Source: Dendrobates tinctorius (taxonomy: Eukaryota). From it: 64,000 nt of DNA. Where the stretch lies: positions 81,964,001 through 82,028,000 of the forward strand of contig NW_027361690.1 of NCBI RefSeq assembly GCF_039654945.1, given 5' to 3'. The translations under genes and the position numbers were made by a program. The notes under the pieces were generated by a model that had not been told where the DNA came from, did no database searches, and was given only the letters and a program-made list of their open reading frames with translations. Positions 12,955-25,800 of the stretch are shown piece after piece. Each line of letters begins with the position of its first letter. Within the stretch, counting starts at the first letter, position 1.

Positions 12955-13600
12955 ACACAGCTCAAAAAAATAAAGGGAACAAAAAAACAACAGAATATAA
13001 CTCCAGGTAAATCATACTTCTGTGAAATCAAACTGTCCACTTAGAAAGCAACACTGATTGACAATCAATTTCACATGCTGTTGTGCAAATGTAATAGACA
13101 TCAGGTGGAAATTATGGGCAATTATCACGACACCCTCAATAAAGGAGTGGTTCTGCAGGTGGGGACCACAGACCACATCTCAGTAGCAATGATTTCTGGC
13201 TGATGTTTTGGTCACTTTTGAATGTTGGTTGTGCTTTCACACTCGTGGTAGAATGAGACGGACTCTACAACCCACACAAGTGGCTCAGGTAGTGCAGCTC
13301 ATCCAGGATGGCACATCAATGCGAGCTGTGGCAAGAAGGTTTGCTGTGTCTGTCAGCGTAGTGTCCAGAGGCTGGAGGCGCTACCAGGAGACAGACCAGT
13401 ACACCAGGAGATATGGAGGGGGCCATAGGTGGGCAACAACCCAGCAGCAGGACTGCTACCTCTACCTTTGTGCAAGGAGGTAGAGGAGGAGCACTGCCAG
13501 AGCCCTGCAAAATGACCTCCAGCAGGCCACAAATGTGGTCTGCACAAACGGTTAGAAACCGACTTCATGAGGATGGTCTGAGTGCCTGACGTCCATAGAT
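12955..13600 (+). mobile_element. Tc1 5' fragment (third family in the same TA/CA tract)
   Basis: Terminus cacagctcaaaaaaataaagggaaca; N-terminal [42 protein letters not shown]. Confidence 0.8.
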
Positions 13601-13945
13601 AGAGGTTTTTCAGCTTTGCCCACTGTTGGGCAAAGCATACTGTGCAGGTGCGAAACGCAATATTTCTGAGCAGGCGCGATATGTCACATGGCGATGTGGA
13701 TCGCTATTCATGTCAGGAGAACAGCGAGCAGAAGCCATGAGGAGGGTTGCAGAGGCTCGAAACTACGCCCATCAGACCGGACTGAGACGATTACCATACA
13801 GCTAGGGAGAATGTAGAAAAGGTTTTTGGGAGTATACAAGGGGATTCAGGGGGTTCTATAAGGATTTAGGGTATGGATCTCAGATGCTGAATAACGTGAT
13901 ATTTTTAGCTGATATGTCACAAAACTGGTGACAGTTTCCCTTTAA
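13600..13945. mobile_element. Right part of a Kolobok/T2-like MITE
   Basis: Ends ggtgacagtttcccttTAA. Confidence 0.55.
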
Positions 13946-14980
13946 AACATAAATTAACTGTGGCTTATCACATCTTTGGAAAGCAGAGTTCAAATTCCCG
14001 AGCCACATGCAGGCCTGATTACTGCCACACTTGTTCTCAATCAAAAAATCACTTAAATAGGACCAGCCTGACAATGTGATGTAGACCAAAAGATCCTCAA
14101 AAGCTAGACATCATGCCACAATCCAAAAAATTCTGGAACAAATGAGTAACAAAGTGAATGAGCTCTATCAATCTGGAAAATGTTATGAAGCTATTTTTAA
14201 AGCTTTGTGACTCCAGTGAACCACAGTGAGCACCATTATCCACAAATGGCAAAAACATGGAAAGTGGTGAACTTTCCCAGGAGTGGTGGGCCGATCAAAA
14301 TTACCCAAGAGAGCAGCGATGACTGATCCAAGAGGTCACAAAAAACCCCACAACAACATACAAAAACCTGCAAGATTCTCTTGCCTCCCTTAAGGTCAGT
14401 GTTCATGACTCCATCATAAGGAAGAGACAGGGCAAAAATGTCTAAATGACTAAAACCACTGCTGAGCAATAAAAACATAAAGGCTCATCTCAGTTTTGCC
14501 AGAAAACATCTTGATGATCCCAAAGACCTTTGGGAGAATATTCTGGACTGACGAGACAAAAGTTGAACTTTTTGGAAGGTGTATGTCCTATTACATATGG
14601 CGTAGAAGTAACACAGCATTTCAGAAAAGGAACATCATACCAACAGTAATATATGGTGGTGTTAGTGTGATGGTCTTGGGCTGTTATGCTCATTGAGGAC
14701 CTGGAACACGCTGTGGTAAACTGAACCATGAATTCTGCGGTCTTCCAAAAAATCCTAAAGGAGAATGTCAGGTCATCTGTTTGTGACTTTAAGCTGAAGA
14801 GCTCTTGGGTTATCCAGCAGCACATTGATCTACAACACACTAGCCAGCCAACCTCTGAATAGCTTAAGAAAAACAAAATGAAGACTTTGGAGTGACCTAG
14901 TCAAAGTCCTGACTTTAATCCATTTGAGATGCTGTCGGATGACCTTAAAAATGCAGTTCATGCTCGAAAACCCTCCAAAC
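13946..14980 (+). mobile_element. Decayed Frog Prince/Txr-like Tc1
   Basis: Fragments YQSGK, FWTDETKVELFGRC..YIWRRSNTAFQKRNIIPTV and SQSPD resemble Frog Prince transposase. Confidence 0.8.
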
Positions 14981-15751
14981 ATACAAAGCCTTGTGTGAAA
15001 AAGTGATTTTCCCCTAAACCCCTAAGCCTAATAACTGGTTGGGCCTCCTTTAGCAGCAACACTGCAATCAAGCATTTGTGGTAACTGGCAATGAGTCTTT
15101 TACAATGCTCTGGAGGAATTTTTGTCCACTCATCTTTACAGAATTGTTGTAATTCAGCCACATTGGAGAGTTTCCAAGGATGAAACGCCTTTTCAAGGTC
15201 CTGCCACAGCATCTCAATCAGACTAAGGTCCAGACTTTGACTAGACCACTCCAAAGTCTTAATTTTGCTTTTCTTAAGCCATGCAGAGGTGGACTTGCAG
15301 GTGTGTTTTGGATCATTGTCCTGCTGGATAACCCAAGTGCTCTTCAGGTAGAGGTCACGAACAGAAGGCTGGACCTTCTCCTTCAGGATTTTTAGCTAGA
15401 CCGCAGAATTCATGATTCCATTTACCACAGCAAGTCTTTAAGGTTGTGAAGCAGCAATACAGCCCCAGAACATTACACTACCACCACCACAGTTTACTGT
15501 TGGTATGATACTCATTTTCTGAAATGATGTGATCTTAATTACCTAGTTAATCATTGGTTCCAGAATTTCTTTGGATTGCGGCATGAAATCTAGCTGTAGA
15601 GGCTCTTTTTGTCTACTTCACTTTGTCAGGCAGGTCCTAATTAAGCGATTTCTTGATTTAGAATAGGTGCGTCAGTAATCAGGCTTGGGTGTGGCTAGGA
15701 AAATTAAATTCGGCTTCCCAAAGATGTTATAAACCATAGTTAATTTATGTT
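14981..15751 (-). mobile_element. Second decayed, internally deleted Frog Prince-like Tc1 in opposite orientation
   Basis: EWSSQSLDLSLIEMLWQDL..ELQQFCKDEWTKIPPEHCKRLI; 15600-15751 is a diverged reverse complement of 13946-14095. Confidence 0.8.
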
Positions 15752-15963
15752 TTAACCCCTTTCCGACATCGGGCATAGCATAATAGTACGCCGATGTCGG
15801 ACATCCTCCCTTTGATGTGGGATCCAGTGGTGAGCCCACATCTTTCCCGACACATGTCAGCTGCTTTGAACAGCTTGCATGTAATGCTGGGTTCAGATGT
15901 GCCAACGAAAGCCTTTAACCCCTTAAAGACCAAGCCAATTTGTAGGTTAATTACCAGGCCTTA

Positions 15964-16806
15964 TGTTATGAATGGGTCACCGAGGAGGATGGCAGGAACA
16001 GGCTAAGCCACCAGAAGACCAGAAAGGTTGGTAACTAAGCGGATTGCAGACCCCTAATCCTACCAACACAACTAGCAGAAGCCGTGGAGCGTTCCTACGA
16101 TGCCCTAGACGCTTCGTCATAGCCGGAGAACTAACTAAGCCTAAAGACAGAAAGGTGAAATCTAAACAGCCCCAGAGCAGATCCCCAAAGGAATAGACAG
16201 CCCCCAAACATATATTGTCGTTGAGACAAGATGAGACAGAAACACAGGCAGAGAACAGACTGAGCAAACGGTGGGGCACAAGCTGTCTAGACAGGACAGG
16301 ACAGAAAAGATACTGTCTGCAATCTCGCACAAAACCCTAAAAAAGTCCAACACTTCTGATATACAAAAAACCTGAGGCCACACGACCTCACCCCCACTAG
16401 ATCAGCACTCTGGTATAAACTGGAAGCAAAGCAAAAAGATACTAACATAACAGGGGACTGAATAAGCTGTAACATATGAAGCAGGGCCCAGCGCTGCCCC
16501 CAGCAGGGAGCACACTGAACCCTAGCAACAAAGCAGAAAGCAAAAAAAAAAAAAGACACAACCAGATTAGATGCAAAGGATTAGCAAAAGAATCACTTAA
16601 CTGAACCATGCAGATCAGGCAGGGGACAAAGAAACTCCAAATGCACAAGGAGGAAATCACCAGCAACCTCCAAGAGCAGCCAGCTCAATTATATGCTTCC
16701 AGCCAGTAATCCAAGGTTCCCAATTATCGTTATCAGGTGGGGAATTTCCATCAACCTGGCCAGCTCCACTACTCTCAGTAACCACTGAGCAAGGGAATTC
16801 ACAACA
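15964..16806 (-). mobile_element. Solo LTR related to the Gypsy element at 45239-54127
   Basis: tgttatgaatgggtcaccgagg...gaattcacaaca; flanking duplication gcctta; clear similarity to both Gypsy LTRs. Confidence 0.9.
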
Positions 16807-17606
16807 GCCTTAATTTTGAAATCTGACCACTGTCACTTTAAGTGGTTATAACTCTGGAACGCTTTAATGGATCCCGGTGATTCGGAGACTGTTTTTTCAT
16901 GACATACTGTACTTTATGATAGTGGTAAAATATCTTCAAAATTTCTTGTGTTTATTTGTGAAAAAATGCAATTGTTATGCCTCTAAATCAGAGTGTTATG
17001 TCACACAAAATAGTTAATAAATAGCATTTCCCACATGTCTACTTTACAGAAGCACAATTTTTGAAACATAATTTTTTTTGTTAAGAAGTTATAAGGGTTA
17101 AAAGTTTACCAGCAATTTCTAATTTTTCCATGAAAATTTACATAACCAATTTTTTTAGGGACTACCTCACATTTGAAGTGAGTTTGGGTGGTCCATATAA
17201 CAGAAAATACCCAAAAGTGACACCATTTTAAAAATTGCACCCCTCAAGGTGCGCAAAACCACACTCAAGAAGTTTATTAACCCTTCAAGTGCTTCACGAG
17301 AACTAAAGCAACGTGGAAGGAAAAAATGAACATTTTACTTTTTTCACAAAAAATTTACTTGTAACCAATTTTTTTTATTTTCACAAGGGTATCAGGAGAA
17401 AATGGACCACAAAATTTGTTGTGCCATTTCTGCTGAGTACGCAGATACCCCATATATGGGGATAAGCTACTGTTTGCGTGCATGGCAGGGCTCAGAAGTG
17501 AGGGAGCACCGTTTGACTTTTTGAATGCAAAATTGGCTGGAATTCATGTCGCATTTGGAGACCCCCTGATGTACCTAAACAGTGGAAACCCCTCAATTAT
17601 AACTCA

Positions 17607-18092
17607 AACCCTAATCCCAACCCTAACCGTAATCCCAACCCTAAACACAACCCTAACTTTAGCCCCAACCCTAACCCTAACTATAGCCCCAACCCTAACC
17701 CTAACTATAGCCCCAACCCTAACCCTAACTATTGCCCCAACCCTAACCCTAACTATAGCCCCAACCCTAAACCTAACTATAGCCTTTAGCCTATCCCTAG
17801 CTTTAGCCTATCCCTAACTTTAGCCTAGCCCTAACCTTAGCCTAGCCCTAACCTTAGCCTAGCCCTAACCTTAGCCTAGCCCTAACCTTAGCCTAGCCCT
17901 AACCTTAGCCTAGCCCTAACCTTAGCCTAGCCCTAACCTTAGCCTAGCCCGACTCACTTTAGCCTAGCCCGACTCACTTTAGCCCGACTCACTTTAGCCC
18001 GACTCACTTTAGCCCGACTCACTTTAGCCCGACTCACTTTAGCCCGACTCACTTTAGCCCGACTCACTTTAGCCCGACTCACTTTAGCCCTA
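17607..18092. repeat. Telomere-like (CCCTAA)-derived compound tandem array
   Basis: Successive blocks of 24-bp, 17-bp and 15-bp units. Confidence 0.9.
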
Positions 18093-19689
18093 ATGGAAAA
18101 ATGGAAATAAATACAATTTTTTTATTTTATTTTTTTTACCTAACTTTTTTTTATTTTGATCACTGTGATAGGGTCTACCACATTGATCAAAATGAACCAA
18201 AAGGAAAACTTTCTATTGTTGCCGGCCGGCAGATCTCGGTGGGAGCACTGCGCATGCGCCCACCACTTTCTCCTGGAAGAAAATGCCGGTGGCCCGGGGA
18301 CTGCTGGGACAATGGAGGTAACGAGGGGGGGGTGATCGGGGGACCCTATTTTTCTTTCCTCTGATGTGCGATCACATCAGAGGGGAAAGAAATTAAATGG
18401 ATAATCGAACTCTTTTTCACGGTTGCCATTATACCGTTAATAACGGCGATTGTAACACCGGGGTCGGTAAAAACAGACCTAAATCATATTCTCTGGCGTC
18501 TCAGCTACCCAGGCAGCAGCTGAGACCCTGGAGAAATTCTGACTCTGGAGGGCGCTATACCCTTATTCCTCAGCGCCATTAAAAAGCGGCGCTGTGGCAT
18601 AAGTACCCTTAGCTTCCACCGTTAACAGGCGTATCGGCGGTCATTAAGGGGTTCAAATGGGTTTTCGTGGAAATGGAGCCAGAGCGGAGGGAGATATCTG
18701 TCACACTACCAATCCTACAGATCGCTACAAAAATATAAACCCATGTCAAGTTTTCTTAAATGTGAATTGATCAAATAGTTTGACTAAATCCACTTTCTCT
18801 TTTATTATGCTTTGCAACCACAGGCGTGGCTGTAATTACAATGCTCTCCAGTGGGTTCAGTATGAGTATGCCTATATGCACATCCTGGGGGACACATAAC
18901 TACCCTCGTATAGGAGTCCCCTCACTGCCTCACACTCTTTTGTCGGGTGTTTGCTGGCCAGTTTAGAGGTTAATTCCTCCGATCACCAGCCCAACTAAAT
19001 GGACCCAGATAAATATACATCCAATGATTGCAAACATGTTTGCTACCAGTAGTTACAAATTTACCACGACAAATAGCCATTAGAATGAATTGTGCACCAG
19101 ACTGAAAAATAGATCTTCTCTGTGAATACGCTCTATTGGACAATGAGAAGGTTAACAACATAAAATTAAAAACCAAAGCCATCAGCACAAAGGAAAATAA
19201 AAGCTTACACAATGCTATTTTCTGCCATGTTCTAGAAACTCACCGGCTGGACATTCACATTATTGGAAAACCAAATTCTTTGGTTCATCATTTACTTCTC
19301 AAAACCTCTGATTGAATATATCCACCAATTTGCTTCCATAAAATCCTCCCAGCTGTTCTGTAGAACTATTTCCATATGACTGTCTGATTAACACATCTTC
19401 ATGAGACCAATGCAGAATAACTCATACTCATTAGCTCTCACTTAAAAGTAAAAGGATCAATATACTTGTGCAGTGAGGATTTGCTGTACTTTATCAATGA
19501 ACTCACGGTCACAGAAAATAGGTACAGTAACGTATGGGTTTTTCTACCCCAGGCAAACTTTCCACAAGCAGTGTAAAGTACTGAATGCTAACAGTGTCTA
19601 ATGCACAAACTGTTAGGATTTGGCTCTGCTAACTGGTTCAAGTGGTTGTCACAGGACCACAATTATACAATGTGAATAGTTGTGGTAAC

Positions 19690-19962
19690 TAGTGATGAGC
19701 GAGTATACTTGATGCTCGGGTGTCCTTCGAGTATTTTGGCGTGCTTGGAGATTTAGTTTTTATAGATGCAGCTGCATGATGTGCGGCTGCTAGACAGCCT
19801 GAATACATATGGGGAATCCCCACATGTATTCAGTCTATCTAGCAACCGCAAATCATGCAGCTGCATCTATAAAAACTAAATCTCCAAGCACGCCAAAATA
19901 GTCGGAGGACACCTGAACATGCTCGGGAAAACCCGAGCAATGAGTATACTCGCTCATCACTA
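19690..19962. mobile_element. Palindromic hAT-type MITE
   Basis: TIR tagtgatgagcgagtatact; 8-bp TSD gtggtaac / gtggtagc (7 of 8 match). Confidence 0.85.
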
Positions 19963-21717
19963 GTGGTAGCGTACCTACTAGCTTCTGATCCGCTTCTGTC
20001 AATAGAGCATTGAAAATAACAGACGAGAATCTAGATGGTGTAATGGGATAGAGAAATGTTGTTGTTCGTTGTATGTGAATACGTTATTTCATGGTACTGC
20101 TACCCTTCTAGTGTATTACCACTGTATACGTAATTGGTACTGCTACATCTTAAATGTATTACCATCAATGTTATATGCTCATTGCTTTGCACAATATAAA
20201 TATAGGGCAAGTGTAATGCGGGGAATGGCCACTAGATGGGGGCATCCTGGCACACACTAGTTGTAGACAGTAGATAGGTTTAGTGTAGGGTTAACATAAT
20301 AATGGAGGGGCTGCTGGGAGTTAAGGCTAGGTGAGAAGGGAAGTTAATTCAGACGTGGCCAGGGTACCAAAGTGTCCACATGGGCTATAGGCCCCAGATG
20401 GCTCGGCAGCCATGCAACGTTAGGTAGCTGCAGCCAACGTTATCCACGGCCACTGGGCATCATTGCAGTTGGCCAGTACAGGAGAAGAAAAAAGATGTGG
20501 CGACTCATAGCCTGGGAGGATGCCTTTAGGGCAGGTGTCGGTTGGAGTGAGGCGCTGAAGGAAGATGGAGCTTCGAAGGGAAAGGTACAGACAGGCCGGA
20601 TGCTTTTCCAGAGGCAACCAAACCAGGTGGCTGATGATTTTGAGTCTCAGGCGAAACAGGCAGAAGGAATTGTCATCATGGCGAGGTTAAGCCAGGAAGG
20701 ATCTGGGGAGCAGTCTGAGACGGTCCAGTAGGACGTGTCGCACAGAAGCATCAGCGAAGTAGGGAAAGATGATGAAGCAAGGTAATTCCATTATGTGCCA
20801 ACAGCGGAAGAACAGGAACATATACCAAGATAGAGTATATATATATATACCAGGATGGGGCTCAGGATAAGGGACATACATACCAGGATGATGGACTATA
20901 TATATATATATATATATATATATTTTATTCAGGATGAGGGGGAGGGGCCCTGGTCCAAATCCTGCACTGAGACTCATCAGACTCTAGTTACGCCACTGGC
21001 TACAAATGCTCTTCTAACATTATAAAAACTGGTAAAATAATTCATTTTGAAAATTGATGTAACTTTAAAAACAATGTTAGCGCTATATAAAAATAAAGAT
21101 TATTATTATTATTATTAGATCTCCTTTAACGAATAGAGATTCTGTAAAATAGGAAGGAAAATCTCAAAAGTTCTTCCATGGTAAAAGGTGCAGGCATCTG
21201 ATGGTGGGCTGGTGGACTGGGTGAAACATCAGTTGACTACATGAGACCTCAACATTTCAAAGACTATTGTAATGCCTGTAGAGTTGGAGGACTGTACAAT
21301 TAATGCTCAATGTTAGTTTGCGTTCCCTAGTATATGCCCTCATATGTATATTTTACTAAAGAATATCTAGATTTACCCATTTCATGATTGGTAGGATTTT
21401 CTCTTACTTTGATTAAATAAGCAAGCATTAGCTTTCTCTACCTCTTTGTGTCTTTGGTAACTTTAGAGAAAGCCTAAGCCTCCTACTTTTTGCTTGCACA
21501 GACTATAAACTAATGTACATAATCTAAATAAATACAGAAAGTATAATTATCTGAAATTAAAAGCTAGTTTATACAGCTAAGGAATGTGAATCTCCGCTCT
21601 GCATTACAATTACGGGCAAAGAAGATGGATACTAGCAAAACATTATAACATTACCTCATCTTGCTCTGCACTAACAAACAAAGTAACCTGAGGAAGAAAA
21701 CATGTGAGCTACTCCAC

Positions 21718-21845
21718 CTGGCACCTGCCATGAACGCAGAGATCCGCCTCATAAGGTCCACATGGTGTTCCATCCAGGACTCTGTCTGACATAAGCACTG
21801 GGGCATCGCGGCCAACCGGGGTACAATACAGCTCACACGGTTTAT
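21718..21845 (-). CDS. adamts17: ADAMTS17-like coding exon (about exon 14), Cys-rich domain
   Basis: ttcccag|AT AAA...CAG|gtggag, 128 nt; (D)[42 protein letters not shown]. Confidence 0.95.
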
Positions 21846-21889
21846 CTGGGAAAAAACACATAAAGAACAACATTAATAGGACTAACACA

Positions 21890-22317
21890 TTAAAGAGGTT
21901 GTCCACGAGCTGGACAGCCCCTTTTAAATAACGTAGCTCTGATTATAAAATAGAAACAATGTATTCTCACTTCTGATACGTTGCCATTCCAACGATGTTG
22001 GCACCGTGGCTCACGTGACATTGTTATGTCACGTGATCCCTGTAGCCAATCAGAGGCCTTTATAAGGCTGTTGAGCTACTTCAGTTTGTCCAAGATTCGT
22101 CAGAAAGCATGAATCTCGGACAAGCGAAAAAAGCGAGAGTGCAGCAGTCATTAGTTAATGCTAATTGGCTACAGGACTCAAGTGGCATAACAATATCACG
22201 TGAGCCCTGTCATCGATAGAAAGAAGCCAAAACTGGAGGCGAGTATGCAGTGTTTTTGTTTTATAGTGGATAGTTTATTTAAAAAGGGGATGTCCAGATA
22301 ATGGACAAACCCATCAA
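21890..22317. mobile_element. Kolobok/T2-like MITE filling most of the intron between exons 13 and 14
   Basis: ttaaagaggttgtcca...tggacaaaccc with imperfect internal inverted arms. Confidence 0.65.
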
Positions 22318-22357
22318 GATTAAAAGAGTTCAATTATCTGTTACTTAGAAGACTTAC

Positions 22358-22524
22358 CATCGATGATTACAGCTGTAAGGGGGGTTTTCTTTTTGTTGAG
22401 GTTGCGGCCATGAGATTGGCACTGATGGTCCCTAAAACTGGAACCTCCCTTGGGGCATGGGGAATTCTCACAAACCATGTGCTCTACACTTGTCCCTTTA
22501 CAGCTTTGACCACCAAGTCCAGGA
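22358..22524 (-). CDS. adamts17: ADAMTS17-like coding exon (about exon 13), end of TSP1 and start of Cys-rich domain
   Basis: ttgtag|T CCT...GAT G|gtaagt, 167 nt; [55 protein letters not shown]; phases match both neighbouring exons. Confidence 0.95.
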
Positions 22525-23192
22525 CTACAAAAAAAGAAAAGAAAAAAAATGAAGGCTCATCAACTCGGACATGCTCCTGTTCCGACCTCTATCGTGTAGG
22601 CTGTGTCATTTAACAATACAGACAAAAAAATAAAGAAATATTTCCAATGCTGCATTCATGTTTCCTGGAAGTCTTTCAGCCTGCAGGTTAATAAATCTGT
22701 ACTTGAATTAGGTCTGGACTAATGCTGTGTCTATCCACATAACAGAGTTACATTTCCGTTCAGTCTCCTGCTAATACAACCAGCTCATTACAATGATTTA
22801 TGAGACACATTTGCAAACTCTTCTGGAATACTAAACAAGCATTCTGCAGAAATACGGAGAGAAATGTACACGTTACTGTATGAAGGAATGCAAGAGCTAA
22901 GCCATCATCAGAAACACATTATGTAAGGAGAGACATATTGGAAGAAATTGTTGTAAAATTGTTGTTACAATTTCAGATCCTTATAAAGGGCAAGCGGTAG
23001 AAAATATCGAGTTTAGAGCTCTCCAAGCTGTAATATCTATATACTGTTTTCCATATGTCTGGGTATATCACATGTTGCTTATATAACATGGTCAGAAAGT
23101 AATCATTTTCTCAACAGGAATTTGTGATGTAGTTTAGTATTGTTTTTTTTAGCTCTTTAAGGCAGATGATGATGGAACTTTCTTTTTTAATT

Positions 23193-23592
23193 TTAAAGCA
23201 CCGCTCCAGCTTTTTTGTTTTGTTAGTGCTGCAGTGGTGCTTCTAATCTAAGGCCCTTGACACTAGTATACTTACCTGGCCGCCAATTCTATTATAGGCA
23301 CCGCTTCGACCCTGCAGTGGCATCTTGTAACCACAACTTCACTGACCGCTCAATGTAAGTCTATGAGAGCCGGAACTAGGATGTCATAGAGTTACACTGA
23401 AAAGTGATCTCCAGCTCACCTAGTAAACACTGGAGTGATCTGGCTGGTCACAACATGCTGAAGACCGACCGGAGCAGCGTTGATAGAAGGTGAAGACGGT
23501 CGCTGGTAAGGATTACACTAGAATCAGGGACCTTAGATTAGAAGCACCACATCAGCACTGCACTGAAAAAACTCACTGGAGTGGCGTTTTAA
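23193..23592. mobile_element. TTAA-flanked palindromic MITE
   Basis: ttaaagcaccgctccag / ctggagtggcgttttaa; inverted arms gtggtgcttctaatctaagg. Confidence 0.7.
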
Positions 23593-25282
23593 GAACCCTC
23601 AAAGTGAATGAATGAATAGCCTTTCCCTCATTAAAAACAACAGCAAAATGGGGGTCAGGATACCCCTTATTCTAGAAATATCTGCCCATCTCAAAGTCCG
23701 GATCAAAGACTTTATAGACACTTATTCCCACATGAGAAAAATTGAAAAGTACAAGAAATGTAATTTGAGTTTAGTCTCACTTGCCTTGTAATTTTGTCAT
23801 TATTCTCTGCCAACTAATAATAATGAGATGTTACTATTTTTCTACTTCAGGCTGTAAAACAAGAAGCAGTGTAGATGCAAGCACACGTGAAAACAGCCAT
23901 ATCTCATTTTTTCATTTTATAGGACTTGATATAACATACAAACGAAACAAATAAAAAAAAAATACTGATGATAGTGGCAATTTATATTCTCAAGTTTGCA
24001 TTGGGGATAACTTCACAATTGCTGGGTGTCCGTTCCATTCATTCTTAATGGGACCGCCAGGGATAACCAAGCGCTGCGCTAGGTTGGTCTTCGTCACTCC
24101 CATAAGAATGAATTGATAGGCAGTGCGAGTGATCTATCACGGCTTCATCCACACAAGGCTCTTCCTGTGGATAGAGAATAACTTCCAAACTTAAGAATAC
24201 CCCTTTAACCATTTTCTAAATATTATAAAGAGATTATGGGCAGAACATCCCAGAACTATACTTTGTTACTGTATAAAATCAGATTTTTTAACTAAATGTC
24301 ATGTATATAAATTTGGTTATTTTAATATCCACGCTATTAACTTTATTGTTACCTGTAACACAATTCCAAAAAAATTCAGATACATGTGTTATAAATTTTT
24401 GAATTTGTACGATAATGGAAAAGTAAAGAGCATGTACAGATAGTACTTTTATCATAAGAGTAAAAAAAATACTGAGAGTTTTGCACTATCATGACTATTT
24501 AGATGTTAAAGGATTTTTTTTTAATATGTATGTAAAGCTCTGTGGAATATGATTGCGTTATATAAGCAAAACATAATAAATAAACGTAAGTGTATAGACA
24601 TAGAGAGCGAATGTAGAATGAAAATGTACACAATGGACGGGCGTGAACCCCAACGATAAGAATTTTCCATTACATCCAGATGTTACCTTAATTTTTCTAA
24701 AGACAAAATATACTGTACATTGGCCCACATTAATCAATGTATTTTCACTTTGTGTGACTTTACTCTAAGTAATGTCTTATTTGTTTCAAATAATGTGACA
24801 AAATTTAATAACTACTTGAGCCATTTCCGCCATGCATGTTAGTATCTAAAAGTGAAATGTTTTAGTACTTGGTCAGGATTTAGACACTTATTAAATGTAA
24901 CATTTCTCAAAATCACGGCAGTGTGACAGATTTACCAAAAATGGCACACATGTTGTCAAAAAATCACTGCAACATGTCAAGATATGCCATGGTGTCATGG
25001 GTTGTTCAACTTTAAAAAATATCTTTCAATGTGTTTAAGAGCGAAATATGTACAAAGAAATAATATACTGAAATTAAAGGTATCCAGTCAAAAGGTTTTT
25101 ACTCCAAAAACCATCACCTGTGTGCTAGGCAATCCCTGCAAGTGTTGCAGCTGTCGAACAGCCACAAGACATGCAGTCGCGGAGACACGAACATACTACT
25201 AGAGCACGCTGAAGATGCTTTATTAGCATGCTCAGATAACACCTTACCAGTGCACGCTCACTCATCACTAGTCACCACTACT

Positions 25283-25800
25283 TAAAGGGAATCTGTCACC
25301 TCATTTTTGGCCTATGAGCTGTGGCCACCGCCATGAGGTGCTTATCTACAGCATTCTGTAATGCTGTAGATAAGCCCCCGATGTAACCTGAAAGATAAGA
25401 AAAACGAGTAAGATTATGCTCACCCCGGCGTCCGGTCTGGACCGATGGGTGTCGAGGTCTGGTTCGGTGCCTCCCATCTTCTAGCGATGACATCCTCCTC
25501 CTTGCTTCTGCCGCAGCTCTGGTGTACTTTATCTGCCCTGTTGAGGGCAGAGTAAATTACTGCAGTGTGCAGGCGACGGACCTCTCTGACCTTTCCCGGT
25601 GCCTGCACACTGCAGTACTCTGCTCTGCCTTCAACAGGGCAGATATACTACGCCTGTGCAGGAGCGCGACAGAAACAAGGAGCAAGGAGAAGGACGTCAT
25701 CGCATGTAGATTGGGGGCGCCGGACCCAGACCGCGACATCCATCGGACCGGACCCCCGGGTGAGTATAATCTTACTTGTTTTTCTTATTTTTCAGGTTCC
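25283..25800. mobile_element. Kolobok/T2-like MITE, right end lost
   Basis: Starts ttaaagggaatctgtca; internal inverted arms centred near 25590. Confidence 0.65.

Larger units (their letters stand above)
15752..18654. mobile_element. Nested piggyBac-like non-autonomous elements
   Basis: TTAA-cccct termini at 15752 and 15915; matching right end ggtcattaaggggtt near 18640-18654. Confidence 0.65.

Noticed and set aside
17482-17817. 111-aa ORF with PTLTLTIA repeats
   Set aside because: Translation of the telomere-like array
19240-19400. Minus-strand donor-like CCG|GTGAGT as a possible exon
   Set aside because: No ADAMTS-like translation or clear acceptor
20212-20810. Possible LTR fragment and 119-aa ORF
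   Set aside because: No matching end, TSD or protein motif
1-21700. Next ADAMTS17 exon (KIGCDG...)
   Set aside because: Not found by eye; probably left of the window, although a miss is possible
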